From: Trichoplax adhaerens
Taxonomy: Eukaryota; Animalia; Placozoa
NCBI RefSeq assembly: GCF_000150275.1
Contig: NW_002060943.1
Span: forward strand, 9,127,449-9,191,448
Length of the DNA stretch: 64,000 nucleotides
Direction: 5' to 3'
Made by a program: the position numbers and the translations under genes. Positions 13,101 to 25,700 of the stretch are shown here, piece after piece (the stretch's first letter is position 1; each line of letters begins with the position of its first letter). Below the pieces are notes generated by a model. It was given only the letters and a program-made list of their open reading frames with translations, was not told where the DNA came from and ran no database searches.

Positions 13101-16100
13101 CTTTACAAGCCAAGCGAACTTTACGTCTGATAATTTCAATGCTATAAAAGGTAAGTAAATGTTAATTACTATGCTATTATTTCTATGATATCAAAGATCA
13201 CTCTATTTACATTCATCAATATGTAATTTGGCGAAAGTTGACTTAGCATATCCCAGGTAGTTTTGGGCTATGCAGTGATATTGGCCAACATCACTAGCTC
13301 GTAGTTCCGATATTACAAGCTCTCCAGTTTCAGTTATGATCCTTCTAACAGTTTGACTCACTGCGGAGCCATCCTTATACCATACATACGTTGCTTTCGG
13401 ATAGGAACGTGCAGTACAGCTAAATTTAACATTAGAGCCCAACGCCGCTTTACTAATATTCTTAGGTCTTCGTTTAAGAGATGAATCGATATCTATAGCA
13501 ATCATATCGCATGTAAATTACTATTAAACCCATAATATCTTAAAATGAACTGCAGCTTAGTTTCTTAACCAGCCTACATAAAATGCAAAACTTACATGCA
13601 ACATTCACGGACGCTATGTTGCTCAAAATCGACAGCTCGGTATGGTTGGAAATTATTCTACATTGATAAAATCCACTACAAGATTTTTTTACTTGCTTTA
13701 AAAGCAGCCCATCATTTTCTATTCTAAAATCACAACTACTATCCAAGTTATGACCGTCTTTATACCACAGAATTGAATGTGCATCCGAGTTTGGTTGGCA
13801 AAATAATTTTTTAGATAATTTTCGAGCGATGACAATATTTGCAGGCGATTTCTTGAACGACATGGTTTCTAAAATTATCCTGAACATTAGATAGCTAGAG
13901 ATACTATATAATACTGCATAACTTGGCACATTGACAGTACCGACTGCTTAAACTATTGTAAATTTTACAGCCGCATTTACATACCCTCCGATTGACAAGC
14001 AATGTTACCAGAGTGAACCCATTTTCCATTAATACACGTAAGTTTATTACCGCCGCTCAAATAGTATCCAGTAAAACACTTGATAAAAACGGAATCGCCA
14101 TTATTAAAAGTCCCGTAAATGGTAGCGTATTTTAAATCCGGTTTTGAACAGTTTCCTATAACAATCGTTACACGATTGATTAATGCAGATTACAACTTGT
14201 ACGCAATACCTTGAGAGATTATCATTTTCCTACCCAAACAAAAATTTTGTGATTTCGACCAAACTCCGGATGATTTACAAACAGTAGTATTGTATGCCGA
14301 TGAAGTAAGCTGATCTGGACAACTGAGGTTTGCGTGATCGCCTACATAATAAAACCTGCGTGAAGCTCTAAGATTCGGTGAAAACCAGTTGGGCCTCTGA
14401 CATGTAATATCTATTAAAGAAAAATAAAATTTAAAAGTCATTGCAGATTAGTTATCATCAAAGTTTGCTCCATGCTTACTAGAAGGAGTAAACTGAAACG
14501 ATGTCTGGGAAACACCATAGCCATTATCCACGAAGCATTGATAGATCGCAGGGAAATACAGCTGGTCAAATCGAACCTTTACGATATAAGAATTTAAAGA
14601 GGTGTTAAGGCTTCATTAGAATAACAATAAAGATCGGTCATTTGACAGTTAGACAATTTATACCATATACTAAAAGATATCTAACCGTTGTGGTGGATTT
14701 ATTCATTCCGCTAATTTGCATAGAATGGTCTTTCGTCGTATTGATTAGCTCTCCATTTCTAAACCATTTTACAACAGGCCTTGGATTTCCGGCCAAAATC
14801 CTACAGGTCAGGTTGTAAGAATGGTTTGCCTTTCCATTTATTAATTTAGGTATAGACGTGTTTATTTCCGGCCGAACTAAAACATAAACATTGACAGGCT
14901 GTCTTACTAAACAACGACATGAGCTAAAAGGCAGCATTAGTAGAGTATTTCAAATTTTCTTACCATGAACATTAAGACGTGCAAAGTGAGCTAGTGATTG
15001 GGTTGTATTTTTGTATGGTTGCGACGCTATACAGTAATAATTTCCACGATCGCTAAGAGTAACGTGGCTAATACGTAAGTTGTTTCCATGAACAATCGTA
15101 TACTTAGAAGACTCCCGTATATGAATAGTAGCATGATCTTTCTTCCATTGAATTTTCGGTGTCGGATTACCTATTACACTACATTCTATGATAACGGTAG
15201 CGTTGATACTTGCATTGACAGCGGAAGGCTTCGATACAAATTCTAAGGCTTGATAACCTGCCAAAATACGAATTAATGCGGTTTGTTATTGTAATATCCT
15301 CCAAAATGAAAGACTAATCATGATTATCGATAAGTAACATGTATTATGCATTTATAGTACAGTGACATTTCCAATGATACTCTTGTATCATGTCATCATA
15401 TATGAAGCAGTTGATTGTTTTATGCTAACCAATTTTACTTGTGACTACCAAGTCGGTAGGTAATGAGTAGGAACGGCCAAGTTTATCGATGGCTCCACAT
15501 CTATACCTTCCATAATCTGACAGATGTAACGGATAAATTTGAATGCCATGTGGCAAGGTAGCAGTCCGATTGTTAAAATAATAAACAAATCTATCTTCTA
15601 TTTCTTTTTCCAACCAAAATTCTAGTAATCGTCCATGTGAAGAAGGATTACAACCAATATATGCAATAGAACCTTCTATACCGACTGTAACATTTCTAGG
15701 TTGCTGAGTGAAGACGGGGCCGGCATGATCTATAAGTACGTTATCGAGTAATGCATATGACACATACATGATTGTAATCTAAGTAAGTCAAAATTTATTA
15801 TTGTGTGAAATGCAACGCTTCTAAGATATCATATTTTATCTTATTTTAAAGTAAATCATGCAATAGCTGAATTATTAAAATAATGAATAACTCCCCATCG
15901 GCTATTGCTGAAAGCTAAAGTATAGAATAACTTATAACCGACAGAGCAACATACAACCCTAAAGAATGCATTGAACGTAGTCAAGATAGCTGAATTATCA
16001 ACATGCAATGGTAATAAAGAATCGCACCAAATTTCGCTTACCGACAATACGGACACGAGCAACTCGACTTAAAATTACCATCGGCTCCAAGAGGTTAATA

Positions 16101-16368
16101 CCACGATATGTAAGGCTACATCGATATTCAATCAGACCAGGCTTAGTGAACATCACTGATAGCGTTCCATTGGGTAATAATGTATGGTGAATATCTGTCG
16201 TGGATAATTTTATGTCATTACGAAACCATTGAATACTCGTATTAACATTTTCGATCAGCCCATTAGGACAACGTAAGCGTAAATGTTTTCCAGGCACTGT
16301 TACGGCATCCTCAGGATAGCGATCACTGATTTCAAGGTAAGGTAACGGCACAGCTAGTTCGGCATATA
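7162..16368 (-). CDS. Single-pass Ig/Sushi/FN3 receptor, DCC/neogenin/protogenin-like (4 Ig - 2 CCP - 4 Ig - 6 FN3 - TM - cytoplasmic tail); 5' exon(s) unresolved
   Basis: Successive, mostly phase-1 exons encode Ig domains (C...W...YxC) at ~16040-16368, 15440-15730, 14965-15258 and 14480-14876. Two CCP domains follow (14235-14410 CQRPNW...CKSSGVWSKSQNFC; 13985-14156 CSKPDL...CINGKWVHSGNIAC), then four more Ig (13600-13868, 13212-13493, 12860-13142, 12500-12790) and six FN3 (9892-12390). TM exon ~9478-9627 reads VLFYIIGGVISGICLILMILSLLFY. Cytoplasmic exons are 9064-9310, 8288-8526 and 7162-7314, ending ...ENQETFV*. No signal-peptide exon was confidently found. Confidence 0.88.
14593..14680 (-). 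other. Candidate U12-type intron in receptor Ig4 (AT-AA; AT-AC or GT-AG alternatives possible)
   Basis: On the minus strand the 5' site is AG|ATATCTTT at 14680. CCTTAAC lies at 14610-14604 and an in-frame ...TTTAAA| end at 14593. Confidence 0.5.
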
Positions 16369-19300
16369 CTGTAAAAGAAAGAGTAGCACAAAGAGCATCA
16401 GCATTTAAGGTTGTTACGTTGAAGATATCTCTAAGTTAAGTAGGTAGTAATAGGGTTTCAGCGTGTATCAAACGTTTACTACTCACACCGAGACTGCAGA
16501 CCCATGAGTTTATATAGTACTGTAGTTTAATGCAACGTTAAAGAAATCGCATTCTATCATCGAACGCTTTTCGGTAATTAAAGATGAAGGCTATAATGAC
16601 TTTCCAAAATATTACAACGATGCTATGTATTGCGCGAGCTTTAAATCTGTATTACACATTACAGTAGTAATAACAGCAATAGTTTTATACTGTACATTAT
16701 TGAGAAAGATAAGACATCAAATTCAAATTAGCATGAGATCGTTATTTTATAGGGATGTGCTTGTACAAATTGTCAAAAAAGATCTACTGCAGTCTAGATT
16801 CTTTTAAGATCGGGTTGAAGTCAACATAAGGTCGTAGTTTCACGGGTTGTATTTTGTTCCAATTGTCAACAAGATCTACTGCAGTGTAAAATTTTCAATT
16901 TTATTGCGAATCGAAGGCTATTATTACTACAGCAAGCTTTATCTAATGATACAGCAATGCGGCATAACCCAACGCACAAGCGTCAATAGGCAACTTTTCA
17001 AGATATAAAGTAAGTTATATTCACAAGTTCAAGTTAGATGACGACGTGAGTACTACAGTATATGATTCGTGACGCTTACTCGCAGAATATTACTGATAAC
17101 TTTCCTTAGATTCAAGTATTGAAAGTTATTTAGTATCCACATCACAAGTACGACTTTCGATTTCAGTCTGCCTAATCCGATTTCTAGCTAGTGTAGCAGG
17201 CCATTATAGACTTGAATCCTAATAAACTACTGTAATACGACTGCAGATCACTAGGTAGATTACTAATAAGCTACATTGGACTACAAAATAGCTGTAAATA
17301 AACCTTCACATTATTCAAGTTATAATTGTAAACTACAGTGTACAGTAGAGCGTACATCTACCAGTGTTTTGCTTGATAGAACAGCTAAAAATGAAAATTC
17401 TAAAGGTTGTATAGGTATGGACGAGCAGCCAGTGCGAAAATTATGCATTATTATGGGTTTGGAAGTAAAGCTGCTACTAATTCATCTCTCACTCTATAAT
17501 CAACGCCAATCAATAACTGGTACAGCCGTCTACAGGCTCGGCAAAGCTGTTGCAGTTTTAGTTCTACGTCAAAGATTGCGTAGTCGTAGGATACCAAGTA
17601 CTGTACACTACCATAGTACATAGTACTGTAGCAGACAGACCTCAAAACAAATAAATCATTATCATCATAATGTCATAATAAGAAAAGAATTAATCATAAC
17701 GGTTCAGTACACAAAGTCTCCAGTTCTATATTATTTTCCATAATGCATTTATTACTTATGTTTACTTTGTTTTACCAGACTATACTTATCGACAATTTAT
17801 TGACCAGAGTTGCAGCAGTTAGGACGTAAAATGTATAGAATAATGTACACTACCATTTAGCTACATTTCACTGTTGTGTGGATTACGTAAGCATGTGTTA
17901 GACAACGAATCATTTGCGTATTTGCTTAATCAATTACATGGATGCTACCTTATATTAATCAATTAATTAGGAACGAAACAGCGGCGTTTCATTGCTGCAT
18001 CACTGTAATTTATGATTTACGACTGATTAGACTGAATTGCCACTTCGTGCTGCGTGCAGTGGATGATAAAGTACAGAAAAGTAATGAAACGCAAAATAAA
18101 TCATAAATCTCCTCGATGTAGCTTTGCGTCTTCTTTCTTCTTCTAATGTAGTAATAATTTAACGTCTACTACTGATCGACTACGTGTCTACGGTTCGGTA
18201 ATCGGTAGAGATAAAAGAGAAAAAAAGATCACGTTAATCGGAAAAACCGACGTAGTACATAGATCGGAGCAGAGACCAGTAAAATCTTGACATCAAGTAG
18301 AGTCAACAACTCCGATTATACAGTACTGTACCAAAAGAATCGACGCCTACAGACAGAAGCAAAGTTCAGAGCACTGCTCAAAAAGATTACCCTAGGCGAG
18401 AATCTTATTACGTATCAACGACGTCAAGATTCCACCTGTCATACTGTAACAAAATGGAATGAAAGTCTATGATGAATCAAGGACTACTAAAACAATATTC
18501 TTTATAGTCCGTGGATAAATTTTGACATCGTTATTACTTATACGTACTGTAGACCCGCTGTGAAAAATCCTTTTTTTTTATTTATAGACAGTACGGCAGC
18601 GCGTGCAGCAGACTAGCGTATGAGTGAGACCTGCTACGTGCAGTGCTGCCAGTGTGTGTACTGTATCGTACATACAGATTGTAACTATTGATGGAAAAAA
18701 TTGGGGTAAAGGGTCATTACTACATCGGCCAGTACAGTGGTCGCTTTACATTTTTGTTTTGCAGCATGATGACAAAATGATACAGTACAGCATAAATCGA
18801 ATGAAATCTAAATAAACTCAGAAACCAATGCACGTAGAAAACTCAAACTCAATTACGGAAAGGAACTTGGGCTATTATGTTGACTTCTTATCTATTTACT
18901 TTCCTTTTCTTTATTTGAGTAGTAACTCTCTCTAAAGGAGTTTTTACTGTACGCTTTCTAATGACGTTCAATACGTCCGACCGACATCAATAATATAATA
19001 AAATAAAAATTCAAATCAATCAATTTCCTGTAACTGCCAAGCAAGTAGATTTCTTGTGCAAGTCAAGCCTGCCATACAATTACTATGTCCACTTTATCTT
19101 TCATAATAGTTGTAGGTAAGAATGATAGTATTCATTGAATTTCATCGAGTGTAATGTACTGTACATTGTGGAAGAATTTTGGGTGATTATAACTCAAATT
19201 TTTTTTCCCCTGGAAGGGAATCCCCGCTATAATTGAGAAAAAAAAGTACTGTTTACGCATATTTTCGATTTTTGACTGTTTAGAATGTTGGGTCGACAGG

Positions 19301-20159
19301 AGACTGTAGACTGCAAACAATTGAAAACTGCATTGTACTGAGATTAGCACGTACAAACGAAATCACGCTAGATTAATCATATTACATTAATCCCTATGAT
19401 TTGGAAAGGATGCGAAGCGTATAATATAATATACCTAGTAGCGATGAATAATAATAATAAATTTAATAGCTATTATCATTGGTGGTGCGTCAAAAACATT
19501 TTGCTGGTTGTAACAATAAGTTATTAACTATAACAAAAGTTACTGTACAGTGTACGGTATGGACATTAAGCTTTATTAAAAAAGAATTTAGTGAAAAAAG
19601 CGCTAGAGTTCATGTAGAAGGAGATAGGATCCGGGTTTTGTTGTACAGAAAATTTTTATCCTCCCTCCTTTTCCCCCCAAATCGAAAAGGGTTGTATATA
19701 GTGCTATTCTATTCTTGCTCGAACTATTGTACAGTAGATGGCATTCTATTTTATAACACGGAAATTCATCGCCAATTATCGTCATGCTTTAAAATATCAT
19801 AATTAATAAAATTGTTTATCTTACCAAATGTTAGCCATATTAATAGATGGATAGGAACATTCCGAGAAAATTTTTGAATCATTCTCCAAAATTATACACA
19901 GTATGATAGAACTGGTGGTGTATTTCTCTTGCAGTCTTGCTATTTTCCGTCATCGACTGTCTTGACGAACCAACGTAGAACCTATTTTTGTACTAATACG
20001 GTAATATGGGACCATGTATGGCTTGTACTTGTATTTTAACCTACAGTATGTCTTGATATATCAATTAATCACAGCCGTGCTAGGGGAGTAGAGAGAGACC
20101 GGTCTCTAGGCGGTACCACCACCGTGTCAACGGCAACAAATCTACAGTCGGAAGTACTA

Positions 20160-20810
20160 GCAGTGCGGTACTACAGTACTGTACTGTACTGTACTGTTAT
20201 CGTGTACTGAATGAGTGTACGTACAGTGCATAGGTGGCTCATAAAACAATGCGTACGAACAATGAAAATTGTACTGTAGGATAAAATGCATGATAAAGAA
20301 AAAAGGCGTTTTTCTTTTCTTTTTCTTTTGCATACTGTACAGTACAGTACAGTAGAGATAAAAAGAAAGAAAGAAAAATGGCTATGCTTTTACAGTTGCA
20401 GTGCTGTACATGCATAGTTTTACAGATTTACCGTCATTTTTTGTGCCAATTTTTAGATCTTTTACCTCTCCAAAAATGGCTTCCAGTGTGCTGTATAGTA
20501 CTGTACAGTATACTAGGGTATTAGCTCTATATGGTACAGTGCACACTGTTTACGGTTAAAAGATTAATTTTATCTCTATGTTAACAAAGATAAAGATTAG
20601 CAAAGATGTAACAAAGATGTAACAAAGATAAAGATTACTATTGATGGACTTCAGACCTACATACTGTATTGTGCAGATTCGGATCCGGACCGGACCAGAC
20701 CATGAAGACCTGTACTGTACACTGTACAGTACAGTACTGCACTCCGCAGTCCACACTCCACAGTATCTAGTGTACAATACGTACTGTAATGTACGCTGTA
20801 AAGTACTGTA
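20160..20810. repeat. Degenerate CAGTA/TACTG array
   Basis: CTGTA runs at 20175-20196, 20333-20353 and 20710-20810. Confidence 0.85.
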
Positions 20811-22799
20811 CATACGGCAAGTCACGTGATATGTACGTCTCCCTAGCATACTGTTACTCGTAAGTCGTAACATTGGTCTTAATGGTCTTAATCGTCAACG
20901 TAACTTTTAAATATTGCCTTCCGCAAACTTCAAATTGCATTGTGTGGAGATTAGGTAAAGAGATAAATATTGTACATGGTGTTGCGATTACAGTCCATTT
21001 TCAAAGACTACAAATACAGTATCCCATTTTTCGCTTTATCTGCTCGTACTTGTACCAAACTGATGTTAAAATTGGTTCATCTGCGCGCCTGTCTGTACAG
21101 TACATGAATAGAGGGTTACCCTAGTAACAACTTAAATCAATCAATGGTTCCGCGTATCGTGCACTCGCATACAGGAAAGTTCGATAAGTAAATAAAACTA
21201 ACTGAAAGTGAAATTAGTATTTTGATAAGACGACGCCTCCGATCATGTAGGAAAGCGTTGGTATTTTTTTATACTGTGATACGTAGAATAAGTTAAAGCT
21301 TGTGATACTAAAGTACGATTAATTTATATTATAGTAATGCAATGGAATTTCATTCATGTCAGTATTTGCGCAGGCAGCTAAAACATCTGTTGTGACTTAT
21401 ATCAGTAATAATGATTAATTGAATTTAATACGGTATATTATATATTGATTGTTAACACAGTAATTAGCTGATAGTTAAGTACCCCTGCAAATGGAATTAA
21501 ACCTCATCACAAATGTTTAGGTATACGTAATACTGTACTTCAAGGGCTGATCAAGGATCATGCAATGCTATTGAAACTCTAGTTGTAAAGCAAGGTATGT
21601 AGAGATTAATTATGATTTGAAATCGATGTATACTTTATAAATCTCTGAGAAAATAATGATGCGCAGTTTGAATTCTTGTAATTAGTTACTTGATGATAAA
21701 TAGGCCCGGGTAGGGTACATTTCGATATATATATATTGTATATATACAGTATATAAATTGTACAATAGTTATTATTAAAATTCTTATCTGACTTATAATA
21801 AGGAGCCAAGATTACTATAGTAACTTGCAGTATAATACATTTGACGATCAATTTCAAGTTTTCAGCCAAATGAAAGTAAAAGTGAAGTGGTACAAGTACT
21901 GTACTGAAGATATCATCAAGTTATACAAAATCTTCAAGTATACTCTTATAGAATTTAGCTAAGACTAGCAACTCAACACACTGGTATTCCTCAATCATAG
22001 GGTAGAGCCATTGCCATCAACGCATTGACAGAAGCAAATTTCTCCGCATCTACAATAATTAGTTCATTTGTTAACTATATTCACTTCTCATAGTATAAGT
22101 ATCATGAGAGGTGACTGTACATGAAATATACAGGCTTAATAGCACAAGGTATACCGGATCATCAATGATTCAAATCTTTAATCTTTATTATCAAATTCTA
22201 AGCTAGCTTTTTCAAATTTTTATACCGAATATGAGAACCTTACAAAGTTATATTCAAATATAGCCATAGAAAGCAAACAAAAGCAACTACAGTAAACATT
22301 CTAACATCACATATAGCAGTATCTAGTAAATCCAATTTCGGTACTTTTATTGCCTATTAATTGAAACCTAAGACAAATTTTTGTTAACTACTATCCTTAA
22401 GCTAAGCGAATACTTACTATCAAATTTCAAAACGAGTTGATTATTTACCTTAGCTAGTTAGTATCTGCAATTAATAAATGTTGCTGTACTGCAGGTAGTA
22501 TCATATAAATGATGATCATAGTAAAAAAATTTAACTTAATGTAAAGCAAAATGGCAGCCAAAAGTAGCTACATACTATCATAGTCCCTAATCAAAGTCTT
22601 CAGGTATCTAGCATCGCCGTAGTTAAAAATAAATCGCAACCTCCCATGCACGTATAAAGTAAGGACTATTCAATATAGTTCCAGGTACGAGCGTTATCAT
22701 GTAGGCATTCAATTTAAGCATATGGCAGTTAATATGTGAAAATAAGAGTTGTAAAATCATTGATGACCAGTTAATCATTTAATTTAATGTACTTAATAG

Positions 22800-25700
22800 C
22801 TACTCGTCTTCATAACTTTCTATACTAGAGATATTCAGTTGTTCGCCACTGAACGAAGCAGATATGGACATGGTTGGACCATCGGAGCCAGGCATTGAAA
22901 AAATTCGAGAGCTGAAAAAATAATATTGTAACTGGCTGATAAACAAAAAATCTGCTTTATCGCTAATGTTTAAAATATGATTAAAAGACACTGTAGTAGT
23001 CATCTTACAGAGATTGTGACTTTTGTTCTGGAACTTCGTCTTCGGTTCGCATTACAACGTCTACCGAAATTCCACGTTCTAGTGGACTCGTATCTAATTT
23101 CTGCCTGGCTCGAACTTTATCTACCTAAGCAAACCATTCATAAACTCTAGTTATGTTTTAGTTATTAAAGATGTCATCCGCAGTACTTTACTATTGAGCA
23201 TAGAAGTAATAGCTGAATATCGCTGTAAAGGACTTTAATCATAATATTTAAAGAAAAAAACAAATTCTTTTTAACATGAAGGTCTCTATGTCACACTACC
23301 TACCAAATTAGCTATTCCATTACCATCACCTTTGTTAGACTAAGTAAAAATTTAAAATTATCAGGCAGGTTAAAAACTAGCATTCTTACAGTTAGAGTTA
23401 GCAAACACTTAATACCTAGGCGTATTTTACGCGACACGAGTAAAAATATACCACGTCAATGCAATATACTGTTTATGTAGTTGGCTATTGCTTCAGGAAT
23501 TATAGAAAGACCCGCTTATAATGAAGTTACTAACGCTACAATCAACATCAACGAGAAGTACTTGAACACTCATATCGTTTCAGTTAGAATTTATAGTACC
23601 TTTCGAAATTCATGTTTACGGATCATGACCCAGGCTCTGAATGTTATGAAGGTATAAGACAGAAATTGATGATTTGTCCAGTGAATAACGTAGTACAAAA
23701 CAGAACTGTACTTCACACATTACTCTTTAGGTATATTTATGGACTTTACCTCTGTGCCGCTTTTCGAATCCTTTCGGTAACTTCCCCTGTCCGTAAGGTA
23801 ATACCGAAAATATCTTCATGATATCTACCCCTTTCCTGTCGTATTGAGCGCATTGGCCGTTGATTAATCGTAATTCAAGGTCTTTAAATAGTAGTTGATT
23901 TCTTACCTTCATAGTTTTTACGTATTCTATAGCATCTTCTTGGTCGAAAAGTCCGTAGTCAATTAACAGGTTCTATTAATAGCAATAGTTAACCTAACAT
24001 CAGAAATCATGACAGACAATGAAAGACAGTAACAGAAATCGCTAGCCTGAACCTGAATCGTTCTTGAGACATCAGCTGCCATAGAGACATCACCACATAC
24101 ATAGATATGTCCGTCCTCATCTAAAATCGTATGTAATAAATCTCCACCGTGATCCTTCATTAAATCTTGTACGTATCGCTGTCGTAAAGATATTAATAAT
24201 GTTATTGCAGTCAGCAAAGCCGTGTTTAAAGGGCGTGATAAAATAAATAGAGCATTGATTATTACTAAATTATACTCGTTATCAAAGAAACACGGTTACA
24301 ATCTTAACCTTTTGTTGGCCAGGTTCTCTAGAATAGGCCTTGTGAACTACATCGAGTACACCATTTGTTAAACAATCTTTCAATTCGTCCATGTAAATAT
24401 CGTCCTTAGTTGATTCTCTGCATCCAAAGAATAACGTCATTTTACCAAATCTAGTTTCTAGATCTTCGTTTTCTGTAGGTGTTAATGGGGGAGTATCAAT
24501 GCCGGTTGGAATTTCAGTATCTTCATAATCTACAGAAATATGTAGCAATTTAGAACATCATTAGTTAAGGTTTTTAATTTTAGAGCAGAAAGGTTTGCAT
24601 ACATCATCGAGTCGAATCAGAGAATATGAGGATTGGAAGATTCACTATCTAATGTTTGTAAATTCTGTATGGCTAACCATCTTTACGCCACAGCTGAATA
24701 TAATATAACCATGCACGTCAAAACATCAAGCTAGTAGAGTGTACCTTTAGTAACCGTAACAGGAAATGCTGCTTCTCTATTCTTGTCTGCTAGTCTCTGC
24801 TGCCAAAAACTTCTAAATGGAGCAATTCCGGTTCCAGGTCCAATCATAATTATAGGAACTGACTGATCAGGCGGCATACGAAAACCGTGTGCTCTATTAC
24901 GAGATTGTATAAAAGTATAATGAGCATAGCTGATATTAAGATTTCAAATCATCTACAGAAGTCTATTTGCATCTAAAATTCCAATCTGTTGATGAACAAG
25001 CACTAGCAAATGTTGAAAGGTAAATATACTCTTAACCATATCAATCGGTCTAAGAATACACTATATTTGTGAATATTTCTTGCAGAGTATTAGTAACCTA
25101 CGGTACTGAGAACCGCATAGAACCGATCAAGTAGGCAACAGGGTTTCTATGGTACTAAATAAACATGTACTTAATATACCAATTACGCGGTATGAAAGGC
25201 TAGCTTCAACTTGGCAGTTCACGTCATTTACTAAGATTTAAACACGACTGTGCAGTATAGAACCGTAAAGAAAAACTAAACTCATTAGCCTACCGTTTTG
25301 CAAACAGAAGAAGGTCTAATAATAATACATAAAAACTCTGAAATACATTTGATTTGTTGCATTAATTCTCTTCTTTAGTTAAATGAGATTCTACTAATTA
25401 AATAAGAATACATTCATTAGCAGTATACTCGATCTAATTTACTGTATTTAGTTTTATTTCTTCGGGACTAGTAACAACTTTAGTTGAGTAGGAAACATCC
25501 CGTCAAACTACATCAATAAATTCATTCAAAAATGTATATGCAAATATTTGTCAGTATCTTAAATTTTAGATTTACTCACGCTCTTATAAAACATGGAACA
25601 CTTTCTCCTTCTTTTAACGAATTAAGCCAATTCGAACAAATACCACGACGTAGCTTACCTGACTTTGTGTGATAAGCAACTACAGATACCGTAATATGAA

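Noticed and set aside
16487-16560. First coding exon with a signal peptide for the receptor
   Set aside because: A GTGAGT donor is present and in phase, but it encodes only MGLQSR with no hydrophobic signal. The true start is unresolved.
18287-19802. Short ORFs between the receptor and NOS
   Set aside because: No domain similarity or consistent exon chain.
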